Origin: Planktothrix sp. GU0601_MAG3
GTDB lineage: Bacteria > Cyanobacteriota > Cyanobacteriia > Cyanobacteriales > Microcoleaceae
Assembly (NCBI GenBank): GCA_035193785.1
Contig: CP136572.1
Coordinates: 2,036,578 to 2,100,577 of the forward strand
Direction of reading: 5' to 3'
DNA length: 64,000 nt
Shown: piece after piece, positions 45,568 through 55,286 of the stretch
How the letters are laid out: each line of letters opens with the position of its first letter
Position numbering within the stretch: the stretch's first letter is position 1
Notes under the pieces: generated by a model
Databases searched by the model: none
Seen by the model: only the letters and a program-made list of their open reading frames with translations
What the model was told of the DNA's origin: nothing
Program-made: the position numbers and the translations under genes

Positions 45568-45686
45568 ATCCAGCGATTGAAATCGTGGCTACACAAGCGA
45601 AGTCCGCCTACGCGGACTATTGATCAAGGGTTTAAAACCCGCGTAGGCGGGTTTGGTTTGTGTAGCCACGGTTTCAACCGCTGGAT
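45568..45686. repeat. ~119-bp nested inverted-repeat (REPIN/MITE-like) element
   Basis: Outer arms ATCCAGCGATTGAAATCGTGGCTACACAA / TTGTGTAGCCACGGTTTCAACCGCTGGAT; inner CCGCCTACGCGG / CCGCGTAGGCGG. Confidence 0.8.
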
Positions 45687-45692
45687 TTTTAG

Positions 45693-46580
45693 TCAATTCA
45701 AATAGGCTATAACAAAACGATCAAATCCCGCTAGGTCAGGAATAATTTTAATCCTAGAGTAACTTCCTTGAGCCTCTAATAACCCGGCAACCCTTTCTCC
45801 TTGTCCGGCCATCATTTCCACAATCCAAACTCCTCCAGGGCGCAAATAACGGGGGGCTGTTTCAACTAAATAGCGAATACAATCCAAACCATCGTCACCG
45901 CCATCTAAGGCTAACAGGGGTTCATGTTGGGCAACTTCTGGTTGCAGCGTTGGAATCAGGTCAGAGGGAATATAGGGAGGGTTAGAAACCATTCCCGTTA
46001 GTTTTCCTTGTAGGAATTCTAGGGGTTGCCACCAAGACCCGTGATGGAATTTAATCCGAGTGGCTAGACCATTGGTTTGAGCGTTATCTTCAGCGATCGC
46101 CAAGGCTTCTAAACTGGTATCTACCCCATGAATTTCCGCATTGGGAAAACTATCAGCTAAACCCAGGGCGATCGCCCCGCTTCCGGTACCCAAATCAACC
46201 CAAATCCCATTATTATTAATATCCTCAATAGCAGATACCGCTAAATCAATAATTAACTCCGTTTCAGGACGGGGAATCAGCACTCCAGAAGACACCTTTA
46301 AAGAAAAATGACGCCAGTAAGTTCTCCCCAGTAGGTATTGCAAAGGAATGCGCTCAGTTAGGCGTCGTTGCCAAAGTTGAGTCAATTCTGACCAGGGAAC
46401 TCCCAGGGGAATCGCAGGTTGTTGTTTGAAGGTTTTTAAACGTAGCGTTAATCGGTCTAAACCCCCCAACTCCTGGAGAAACCAGTGGACTTCACCTGGG
46501 GAAATCCCCAGGGCGGTACATTCAGCATCCGCCTGTTCCATCCACTGTTCCAGTTGCCAACCCGATATCGTTTCCCCCAT
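45693..46580 (-). CDS. prmC: Release factor glutamine methyltransferase
   Basis: PLQYLLG, VLIPRPETE, DLGTGSGAIA, SNPPY and ALDGG.DGL motifs. Confidence 0.95.
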   Translation of the reverse strand: MGETISGWQLEQWMEQADAECTALGISPGEVHWFLQELGGLDRLTLRLKTFKQQPAIPLGVPWSELTQLWQRRLTERIPLQYLLGRTYWRHFSLKVSSGVLIPRPETELIIDLAVSAIEDINNNGIWVDLGTGSGAIALGLADSFPNAEIHGVDTSLEALAIAEDNAQTNGLATRIKFHHGSWWQPLEFLQGKLTGMVSNPPYIPSDLIPTLQPEVAQHEPLLALDGGDDGLDCIRYLVETAPRYLRPGGVWIVEMMAGQGERVAGLLEAQGSYSRIKIIPDLAGFDRFVIAYLN

Positions 46581-46604
46581 GATAGTTTCCTAGGATTAAT
46601 TCAA

Positions 46605-47394
46605 TTAACGGGGGGCGGGGGCGGGCCGATTGTTTTGTAAATACTCCAAAGTTTCACGGGGCGGAATCAACACAACCCGATTTAAGAATTGGTCATTATC
46701 TTTTTTCAAAGCATCTAACAACCCTTCCAGGTTAACCACATCGATTTTAACGTTAGAGATTAAATCAGGCTGTTGACTTTTAAATCGAGTCAACATACTT
46801 TGCAAATCCTCTTTGTAGAAGAACATCGGGATCACCTGTTCATTACCATTTTGAATCGTCAGATAGCCGTCATCTGGGCCCCCCCTAGCAATAAATAGCG
46901 GAACACCGTTAAACTCGCTGACGGTTTGCCCATTTTCCTTGAGAACCGTTTTTGCCAAATCCACCTGTTTTTTCACCGGGACATAAGCAAACTGCACTTC
47001 CTCCGCCGAACCCTGACCTTGCTGGCTCATGCGGTATACTTCACCCAGAGAAACCGTAGTCACTTGAATGGTTTCCAGCTAATTGTGGGTCACGACTTTT
47101 TAAGTCATCAAAAAAGGCCACGGCATCAGTGCGACTGATAAATACACCAGCCACCGCCACTTTTTTATCTCCCTGGGGTACGGTCGCAACTAAAGGCGCA
47201 CCCTGGTCATCGGTAATTGTAAAAACCGGAATTGAACGTAATTTTTCCAGAATTTGGTTTTCTGGAATTGCATAAGCTGGCTCAGTTCCCACCGGAATTA
47301 AGTTGAATACACGCAATCCCGAATCGGGACTTAGTAAAAACGTACCGCCCACAACTCCCAATAACGCGCCCAAACGAACAATTGATCTGATCAT
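46605..47394 (-). CDS. Tic22-family periplasmic protein (apparent frameshift at ~47071)
   Basis: KLRSIPVFTITD.QGAPL, GVFIS..DA, FNGVPLF and IPMFFYKEDL motifs. Confidence 0.85.
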
Positions 47395-47826
47395 GTTTCC
47401 AAATTTTGAATTCAATATTTTTTAGATTGCAGATGCAGTGTGTACCACTGAACCCAGGGGGATACAGTAGGATTAACGCTAAACGAAGAACCGGGGTCGT
47501 TTTGACTACTGATAGATTACACTGACGAACAGGGAGTTGTTTTTCTCCCCAAAATCCGGGGGAATTGTCAGCCGCAGAAAGTTCTAACCCAAGTCAGTCC
47601 GTCCCGTTAGATTTTCAAGTGTGTAATTATGGTTCAGAAAACCACAGACGAATATCATCAGGTATTACTTGGTCATGCCCAACCATCCGGGATGAACTAC
47701 AATACCCCTTAAACCCTTGCTAAAAGCCTTCGGGACTGCTTTTCTGAGCTTAAACATGACCCATGGTAACACACCGATCCAGGGATGGACAAAAAGAATC
47801 GGCGCCAATCAAGTTAAAATCTAAAA

Positions 47827-47900
47827 TCGGGATGACAGGATTCGAACCTGCGGCATCCTGCTCCCAAAGCAGGCGCGCTACCAAGCTGCGCTACATCCCG
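47827..47900 (-). tRNA. tRNA-Pro(TGG)
   Basis: Reverse complement CGGGATGTAGCGCAGCTTGGTAGCGCG-CCTGC-TTTGGGA-GCAGG...GGTTCGAATCC...ATCCCGA. Confidence 0.95.
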
Positions 47901-48053
47901 TTTAATCTTTTCTGAGTATACCCTAAGTTTACACAAATCGGATTAAAAATTGCAAAATTGATTCATAAGCAGCTAGGAGTCGGTTGTCTGTTGTCGGTTA
48001 TCGGTTGTTTGTTCACACCTCCATACCTCAACACCTCAACCGCCAACCCAGGC

Positions 48054-48606
48054 TTAATCTGGATACCAGAACATTCCTTTGATCCCCTCTGGATCGGACA
48101 TAAAACCCAAATTTCGGTAAAAATCTACAACATGAGGGTCAGCAAATAGAGTAATGTTGCTGATATCATCGCTACGGAGTTTTTTGATGATAAATTTCAT
48201 CAAGGCTTTGCCCATGCCCTTATTCTGGAAATCTGGGTGAACGACCACATCCCAGAGCGTAGCATTAAAAGCATGATCCGATGTGGCCCTAGCAAAACCA
48301 ATCAGCCGTCGCTGATTCCCTCGAATCTGCCACATAGAAACTACAAGGAAACTATACTGAATGGCTTTTTTTACTTTACGCAGGGGCCGCCGAGACCAGC
48401 CCACCGCATTGCAAAGTTCTTCCAATTCATATAAATCAATGTCCCGATCGGTGCTAAAAAAAATGCGACCATTATTGCTCGATGACGGGCGAGAGTTTAG
48501 GGATACCGACTCCTCGCTTCCACCCTCATACCCCTCATACTCCACTTGGCAGGAGGACGGGGTGGAGGAATCTGAAACTGCTAAACAAGTTTTTCCAAAA
48601 ACCCAT
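48054..48606 (-). CDS. GNAT acetyltransferase, Ycf52/NSI-like (apparent frameshift at ~48574)
   Basis: MGFWKNLFS start; [28 protein letters not shown] and GIKGMFWYP motifs. Confidence 0.85.
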
Positions 48607-48679
48607 GCAGGCGTAGTTAAGATAATAGATTTTCAATGAACGTATTAGATAGTATATCTCCCGTACCTTCACCTCAATT

Positions 48680-49405
48680 ATGGCTCCGGGCTTAAAATCC
48701 TCAACTTTAGAACTGCTAAAACGCTTCAATCGGGCGTTTCCACAGTTTTATGAGCAATTTGTCAGTAGTGAAATTCAACTGCAAAATCTGAAACTTGCCT
48801 ATCAAGTTTACCAAACTAAGCAGGCAGTCATTGAAATTGAGCCGGATGGTAACAAAAGTGCTCTACATTTTGCCTATCGCAATCAATCGTTTTTACTCAG
48901 CGATATTTTTGGGGTTTTGGCAGCCTATGGCCTGACGATTCATAGTCTGAGTTTGTATGGCCAAATTTATCCGCCGATGTTGGTGTTTATTAAATTAGTG
49001 GTTTCTCGGGGGGGAAAAGCCCTCACGGATAAAACCTCGGAAAATGTTTGTCGGGCCGTGCGAGAAGCCTTGGCCGGACATTTTGAGGTGGAAGAAATGT
49101 TGGCGGTGGAATTTAATCTGGATGCTGGGTTAGAGGACGTAGCCACGGAATTTTATGTTGACCCGGTATTTCATCTCCCAGCGTTATTAATTGAGGCGGA
49201 TAACCAACCTGGATTGTTTTATAAGGTTATGTATGCTATCTGGCAGGAGGATTTATTAGTGGTGAATGCTAACTTGTTAGTTTGGCGGGGACGCACCCGA
49301 TTAATTTTATATTTATTGGGGCCCAATGAAAGTTTGATTCCTGAATATCTTGGCCAAAAAATTGCCGAGGGAATGCGACAACGGTTAATGGGAGAACGAT
49401 TTTAA
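48680..49405 (+). CDS. Conserved hypothetical protein with two ACT-like repeats
   Basis: RNQSFLLSDIFGVL..YGLTI and DNQPGLFYKV..AI...DLLV resemble ACT D.PGLL..I motifs. Confidence 0.6.
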   Translation: MAPGLKSSTLELLKRFNRAFPQFYEQFVSSEIQLQNLKLAYQVYQTKQAVIEIEPDGNKSALHFAYRNQSFLLSDIFGVLAAYGLTIHSLSLYGQIYPPMLVFIKLVVSRGGKALTDKTSENVCRAVREALAGHFEVEEMLAVEFNLDAGLEDVATEFYVDPVFHLPALLIEADNQPGLFYKVMYAIWQEDLLVVNANLLVWRGRTRLILYLLGPNESLIPEYLGQKIAEGMRQRLMGERF

Positions 49406-49417
49406 ACAGTTATTTTC

Positions 49418-50332
49418 ATGGTTACTGCGGTTGATTTATTTAGTGGTTGTGGTGGTTTATCTCTGGGGTTTGGGCAGGCAGGAATTGAGATATTAGCAGC
49501 CATTGACAATACTGTTGCATTCCTAGATGTTTATCAAGCAAATTTTGATCATTTGGCGATTTTACAGGATCTCACGGATGAAAATACCGCCATCAAGATT
49601 ATCCAAAAACTTGATCCTGAAATGATCATTGGTGGCCCCCCCTGTCAGGATTTTTCTAGTGCGGGAAAGCGAGATTTAAACGGCGATCGCGCCAATTTAA
49701 CATATAACTTTGCTAATATTGTTTGTGCCATTAAACCTCAATGGTTTGTTATGGAAAATGTGCCAAGAATCACTAAAAGTCCGATTCTCACACAAATATC
49801 TGAGCAATTTTTGATTAATGGTTATGGTTTGTCCGCAATTGTTTTAAATGCTTCTTTTTGTAATACGCCCCAATCGAGATCTCGTTTTTTTCTGATTGGT
49901 GAACTTGGGGGAAAACATCATGCTTTGGTAGATTTATTGAAGTTTGGTTTATCCAAAAAACCCATGACAGTTAGAGATTATCTGGGGGATAGATTGAATC
50001 TCCAATATTATTATAGACATCCCAGAAGCTACGCTAGACGGGGGATATTTTCCATTGATGAACCCAGTCCCACCATCAGAGGAGTTAATCGTCCAATCCC
50101 ACCCAACTATAAACTCCATAGTGGTGATCCGCAAGATATTGATCTTGCCACCATCAGACCTTTATCAACAATTGAACGGAGTTATATTCAAACCTTCCCC
50201 GATTCTTTTAAATTCTGGGGAACTAAAACCAATTTAGAACAAATGATCGGAAATTCTGTTCCTGTGAATTTGGCTTTTTTTGTCGCTTCTACTCTTTTGA
50301 AATATATGCGGCAAGGTATTGATCAGGTTTGA
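49418..50332 (+). CDS. DNA (cytosine-5) methyltransferase, orphan
   Basis: DLFSGCGG (I), GGPPCQDFS (IV), MENV (VI), PQSRSR (VIII) and IGNSV (X) motifs. Confidence 0.95.
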   Translation: MVTAVDLFSGCGGLSLGFGQAGIEILAAIDNTVAFLDVYQANFDHLAILQDLTDENTAIKIIQKLDPEMIIGGPPCQDFSSAGKRDLNGDRANLTYNFANIVCAIKPQWFVMENVPRITKSPILTQISEQFLINGYGLSAIVLNASFCNTPQSRSRFFLIGELGGKHHALVDLLKFGLSKKPMTVRDYLGDRLNLQYYYRHPRSYARRGIFSIDEPSPTIRGVNRPIPPNYKLHSGDPQDIDLATIRPLSTIERSYIQTFPDSFKFWGTKTNLEQMIGNSVPVNLAFFVASTLLKYMRQGIDQV

Positions 50333-50679
50333 ACAGGACTTACGCAGTTAAGCTATATGTAGCGTACTAATGAGTTAGCGATGCCGACAGGCGGCGGTAC
50401 TGCCATCGCGCTCGTAACTCAAACGAGATCGCTTTAACAGGACAACCTCTTAAAGTCCCCCAATTTTGGGGGATTTAGGGGGCAAATATTGCTGCTTGAG
50501 AAATAGTCTCTAAAACTGCTGCTCAATCCTTCATCACCTTAGCATCCTAAACAGTATACATTTCAAGCCATCTAGCCCCCTAGCCCCCAACATTGGGGGG
50601 AAAATAAATAATTAGGACTTTTTAGGGCGATCGCCTACTTTTGACACGCTATATATAGCGTGCTTGCGTAAGTCCTGTT
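50332..50679. mobile_element. 348-bp composite miniature element with 15-bp terminal inverted repeats
   Basis: AACAGGACTTACGCA ... TGCGTAAGTCCTGTT with several nested palindromes inside. Confidence 0.75.
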
Positions 50680-50690
50680 GAAAATACTAA

Positions 50691-50772
50691 TGCGGATGGC
50701 GAGACTCGAACTCGCAAGGACAAAGCCACACGCCCCTCAAACGTGCGCGTATACCAATTCCGCCACATCCGC
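50691..50772 (-). tRNA. tRNA-Leu(GAG)
   Basis: Reverse complement GCGGATGTGGCGGAATTGGTATACGCG-CACGT-TTGAGGG-GCGTG, long variable arm, GTTCGAGTC. Confidence 0.95.
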
Positions 50773-50956
50773 TTATGAACACTGCGTTTAATCTTGCAGT
50801 CGATTTACTAATATAGCACAGCTTCCCCAACCTGTCACCCCTTTTCTACAATTTTTTTGAGATTCGGCAAATTTGGGGTTGGTAATGGTAGTGAAAGTCC
50901 ATTCCCCATAGCAAGATGGGTTTTTGCCTTTGACCAATAAGATTTTTTGAGAAATC

Positions 50957-52750
50957 TTACCGTTTTAATAATACCTTTAGTTTAATTCTAATTAATTGAT
51001 AATCTCCCTGATTCTGCAATAATTGATAATCAGAAGATTGTAGTCCTAGTTTGGCTATATCTTTTGGTCTAGTGATCACTAAAACCGTGTCAAAGGCAGT
51101 ATCTGAAGGAAATAATTTTAATAATCTTTGCTGAATATCATAGGTCATAAACTCTATATTTTGTTGGGTATAATAGACCAAACTGGGTTTAAATATCCCA
51201 ATTACTAATAGAGGCTCATTCGGTTGATGAACTTGGCGAACTATAGTTGATAATTTTCTGAGGGGTAAGTGTCTTTGAGTATCTAATAATTGACCCAAGG
51301 GTAAAGCAACTAAACCCATAAACGCAAAGAATCCTAGGGCATTTCCCGCCCAAACTGCCCGTCGCCATCGTGGTTTAATCAAGCAATAGAGAGTAATTCC
51401 ACTAGCAGTCAACCAGATAATGACTGATACCGTTGTTAAATGACTGCTTTCTAATAATTGGGAAAAATTGGGGGTATCATCTCCGACTAATTGAGGACTA
51501 ATAAAACTAGTGATCGCTAATATTAATAACACCAAAATATTAAAAAAACCTGTGATTAAAAATGGTAGAGAAATTTTAGGGTGTTCAGACTTAATCGGAT
51601 TCTGTTGATTTCCCCACAAACTAATTAAAATCACTCCCGCCGGAATCGAAGGTAAGATATAACTGGGTAATTTCGTCGCCGAAAGACTAAAAAATCCAAA
51701 AATAATCACAAACCAAAATAGAGCAAATAAGCCCAAATGTTGAGAACGATCTTGCGATCGCCAATCTTGGATTTGCCAAAATTTCACCTGATAAATTGCT
51801 ACAGGTAAATACACCGACCATGGTAATAAAGCCACTAAAATCACGGGAAAATAATAAAACCAAGGGCCAGGATGATTACTGACAACACTGGTAAAGCGGG
51901 CAAAATTATGATGCCCAAAAAACGTATCTAAATAGGCTTGACCATTAGCCATAGTCACTAAAATAAACCAGGGGACGGCAATGATTAAAAATACTAAACT
52001 TCCCTTTAATAACTGCATTTCCCAGAGAACTCTTTGCCATTGTTTGGTATAAATTAAAAATCCTCCAATAATTAAAATCGGTAAGACAATTCCAATCGGC
52101 CCTTTAGCTAAAACTGCTAAGGCTGCAAAACTATAAAATATAAAATACCACCCCTTTTGTTGACGGGTTTTAGGTTGAGCATAACCCAAGAAAAATGCTA
52201 ATAATGAAATGGTCATACAGGAGGCTAGAAGCATATCAGAAACCCCCGCACGTCCCCAGGCAACCCAAGCCGGATTTAAGGCGATCATTGCCATTCCCCA
52301 CCAGGCTCCTATCCAACGCTGACGGGTGCGAGCAGATTCTGTTTCTAAAGATATAAACCCACCGAAATAACGCAGGGTATAAAATACTAAAAAAGTAGAT
52401 AATATCGCGGCTATGGCTGAAGGTAATCGCGCCCCCCATTCATTTACCCCGACGGTTTGAAACGCTATTACTATTAACCAATAAATTAAGGGAGGTTTAT
52501 CAAAGCGAGTTTCCCCATTCCAATAGGGGGTAACCCAATCTCCTGTTAGGTGCATTTGTCGGGCGGCTTCAACAAACATTGGTTCGGTTTTATCAATTAA
52601 ACCAATATCGCCTAAATGACTTAAAAAGGCGATCGCACTCAATAAAAATAATCCCACAATAGAAATGCCCCAAGTTAGCTTAGGGTAGTTTTCCCAGGAT
52701 TTCCAAATTGTTTGAAAGGATGAGTTAAATTCCGATTTTTTACTATTCAT
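50957..52750 (-). CDS. ArnT/PMT-family (GT-C) glycosyltransferase
   Basis: DKTEP.F.EAAR.M, RFDKPPL.YW, ARLPSA, LAKGP and KLPSYILP motifs; many TMs. Confidence 0.88.
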   Translation of the reverse strand: MNSKKSEFNSSFQTIWKSWENYPKLTWGISIVGLFLLSAIAFLSHLGDIGLIDKTEPMFVEAARQMHLTGDWVTPYWNGETRFDKPPLIYWLIVIAFQTVGVNEWGARLPSAIAAILSTFLVFYTLRYFGGFISLETESARTRQRWIGAWWGMAMIALNPAWVAWGRAGVSDMLLASCMTISLLAFFLGYAQPKTRQQKGWYFIFYSFAALAVLAKGPIGIVLPILIIGGFLIYTKQWQRVLWEMQLLKGSLVFLIIAVPWFILVTMANGQAYLDTFFGHHNFARFTSVVSNHPGPWFYYFPVILVALLPWSVYLPVAIYQVKFWQIQDWRSQDRSQHLGLFALFWFVIIFGFFSLSATKLPSYILPSIPAGVILISLWGNQQNPIKSEHPKISLPFLITGFFNILVLLILAITSFISPQLVGDDTPNFSQLLESSHLTTVSVIIWLTASGITLYCLIKPRWRRAVWAGNALGFFAFMGLVALPLGQLLDTQRHLPLRKLSTIVRQVHQPNEPLLVIGIFKPSLVYYTQQNIEFMTYDIQQRLLKLFPSDTAFDTVLVITRPKDIAKLGLQSSDYQLLQNQGDYQLIRIKLKVLLKR

Positions 52751-53418
52751 TATTCTGCTACTTTTTGATTTTCACGGGCAACTTTTAACCAAGCCAAACT
52801 AATCGTTAAACAGATATAACCTAAACCATAACCTGCGAGGATATCACCCGGCCAATGACATCTCAAATAAACACTACTAAAACCAATAATCAATAACCAG
52901 ATGGTCGCAAATCCATAAATATAGGGAGTGGCTTTAGGATACCTTTCTGCTAGAAGATAAGCGATAAAAAAATAAAACAAAATATTCCCCGTCGCATGAC
53001 CACTAGGAAAACTTCTCCCGACACATTTTACAAGTCTATCTAAAGGGCGACTACGCTCAATCATTGGCTTGAGAATTCGATCCACTAAAATCAAAATTCC
53101 CAAGGTGGAAAAAGCCAAAACTTTAGCCTCAATCCAATAGCGTTTCCAGGCTAAAAAAACCAAGGTTAAAGCCACAATTATCGCCGTCCCCTTGACCCCC
53201 GTTAATAAATAGAAAAATCTAAAAAAATCATCCCAACTAGCAGGAAAAATTTGATGGGGAATTTGAATTAAAATTTGATCTAAAGTTAAATTCTCATTAA
53301 TTGAGACTCGAATTGACAATAAAATAAATGCACATAAAATAGCCAAACAAATCCAAAATTGCTGTTTAGGAATTGCTTTTTTAAACAAAATTAATTGATT
53401 AGTTAAGGTTAAACGCAT
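52750..53418 (-). CDS. PAP2-family phosphatase
   Basis: K....RSRP, SFPSGHA and VYLRCHW..D motifs; coupled to the ArnT-like gene. Confidence 0.85.
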   Translation of the reverse strand: MRLTLTNQLILFKKAIPKQQFWICLAILCAFILLSIRVSINENLTLDQILIQIPHQIFPASWDDFFRFFYLLTGVKGTAIIVALTLVFLAWKRYWIEAKVLAFSTLGILILVDRILKPMIERSRPLDRLVKCVGRSFPSGHATGNILFYFFIAYLLAERYPKATPYIYGFATIWLLIIGFSSVYLRCHWPGDILAGYGLGYICLTISLAWLKVARENQKVAE

Positions 53419-53589
53419 TATTTTTTACGTTTATAGATCGGCAGTTAAGGAAGTTTTGATTATACAATAAGTTGAGATGCTGGGTTAATGTTAAAAAAAT
53501 AGAAATTAAAAAAGTTGTTGAGGTTTTCGAGGTATTGGAGAAAAAGAACTAGAATATCTAGTCAGGACTTCATAAGGATGGGAGAATCA

Positions 53590-55078
53590 ATGCTAGACAC
53601 CCTGGATCTAACCTTATCACTGGATAAAGAAAGCTATAAAAGCCAAATAGAAGCCTTAATGAAGGAGTTGCGATCGCTTCAACATACCTGTAGAGAGAAA
53701 AAATTACCGATTATTATTGCCTTGGAGGGCTGGGCCGCCGCCGGAAAAGGGGCACTGGTTAAAAAAATGGTGGGATATATGGATCCGAGGGGATTTGCCG
53801 TCCATCCCATTTGGCCCTCAAGCCATGAAGAATCCCGCTATCCGTTTCTCTGGCGGTTTTGGCAGAAATTACCCCCCCAAGGCAGTATTGGAATTTTTTA
53901 CCATAGTTGGTATACCTACGTTTTAGAGGATCGCCTATTTGGGAGACTGGAAGAACAGGAAGTCCCAATGGCGATGCGACAAATTAACGCCTTCGAGCGC
54001 CAACTGGTGGACGATGGGGCGGTGATGGTGAAATTTTGGATTCATTTGAGCAAAAAAGAAATTAAACAACGGCTGAAAAAAGCCTCCGAAGACGAGTTAG
54101 AAGCCTGGCGGGTGCGTTCTGAAGATTGGCAACAGGCTAAAAATTATGATACCTATAGAAGTCTAGCTGAGGAAATGGTGATTCATACCAGCACAGGTTC
54201 CGCCCCCTGGACATTGGTAGAGGGAGACTGTAAACGCTGGGCCAGGGTCAAAGTATTATCAACGGTGGTGGCATCCATAAAAGAAGCCTTAGACCGTTTA
54301 AATATTCAGTTACCCCCAGTATTTACACCCTCCCAAACCCATTTAGAACCCACGGAGCCCCACCCCTTAGCGGCGGTGAATCTAAAAGCGGTTTTATCCC
54401 CAGAAGACTACAAAACCCAATTGCGTCGTCAACAGGCTAATTTAGGTCAACTGCAACAAATTCTCTATCAAAAACAAATTCCAGTTTTAGCCCTCTTTGA
54501 AGGTTGGGATGCGGCGGGTAAGGGCGGGGCAATTAAACGATTAACTGATATTTTAGATCCCCGGAGTTATGAAGTGAACACCTTTGCCGCCCCCAACGAT
54601 GAGGAAAAAGCCCGTCATTATTTATGGCGCTTTTGGAGACGCTTACCTGCGGCGGGTAAACTGGGGATATTTGACCGCAGTTGGTATGGTCGGGTTTTAG
54701 TCGAACGGGTCGAAGGTTTTGCGACAGAATTAGAATGGCGACGGGCCTATCAAGAAATTAATGAATTTGAAGAACAGTTAACCAGCGCGGGCTATGTATT
54801 AGTAAAATTTTGGTTACATATTGACCAAGAAGAACAGTTAAAACGGTTTGAGGAAAGAAAAGAAAACCCCTATAAACTCCACAAACTCACGGAAGAAGAT
54901 TGGCGCAACCGGGAAAAATGGCCCTTATATGAAGTCGCCGCCAATCAAATGGTTTCAACGCACCCACACCCCCTACGCTCCCTGGACGTTAGTAGAAGCT
55001 AATGATAAATATTATGCTCGGGTTAAAGTGGTTGAAACCGTTGTTGAGGCAATTCGCCATCATTTAAAACATCATTAA
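53590..55078 (+). CDS. pap: Polyphosphate:AMP phosphotransferase (two-domain PPK2) (apparent frameshift at ~54952)
   Basis: EGWAAAGKG and EGWDAAGKGG; FDRSWY and KLTEEDWRNR motifs. Confidence 0.88.
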
Positions 55079-55083
55079 GGGGA

Positions 55084-55140
55084 AATTACGAATTACGAAT
55101 AGGCAATAGGCAATAGGCAATAGGCAATAGGCAATAAGCA
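55084..55140. repeat. STRR heptamers (AATTACG, AGGCAAT x5)
   Basis: Read directly. Confidence 0.9.
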
Positions 55141-55286
55141 GTTAAACTGTATATTCATGCAGGCTAAGGACACTTGCACCCCAAGGGTTTGACCATGATC
55201 CCATACCCAATTGAGAGGCGCAAGCAGTTGCCTATTGCCCGTTCCGGCGTTCCCGACTGATCTTTGATGATTCTGTTTATAACTTC

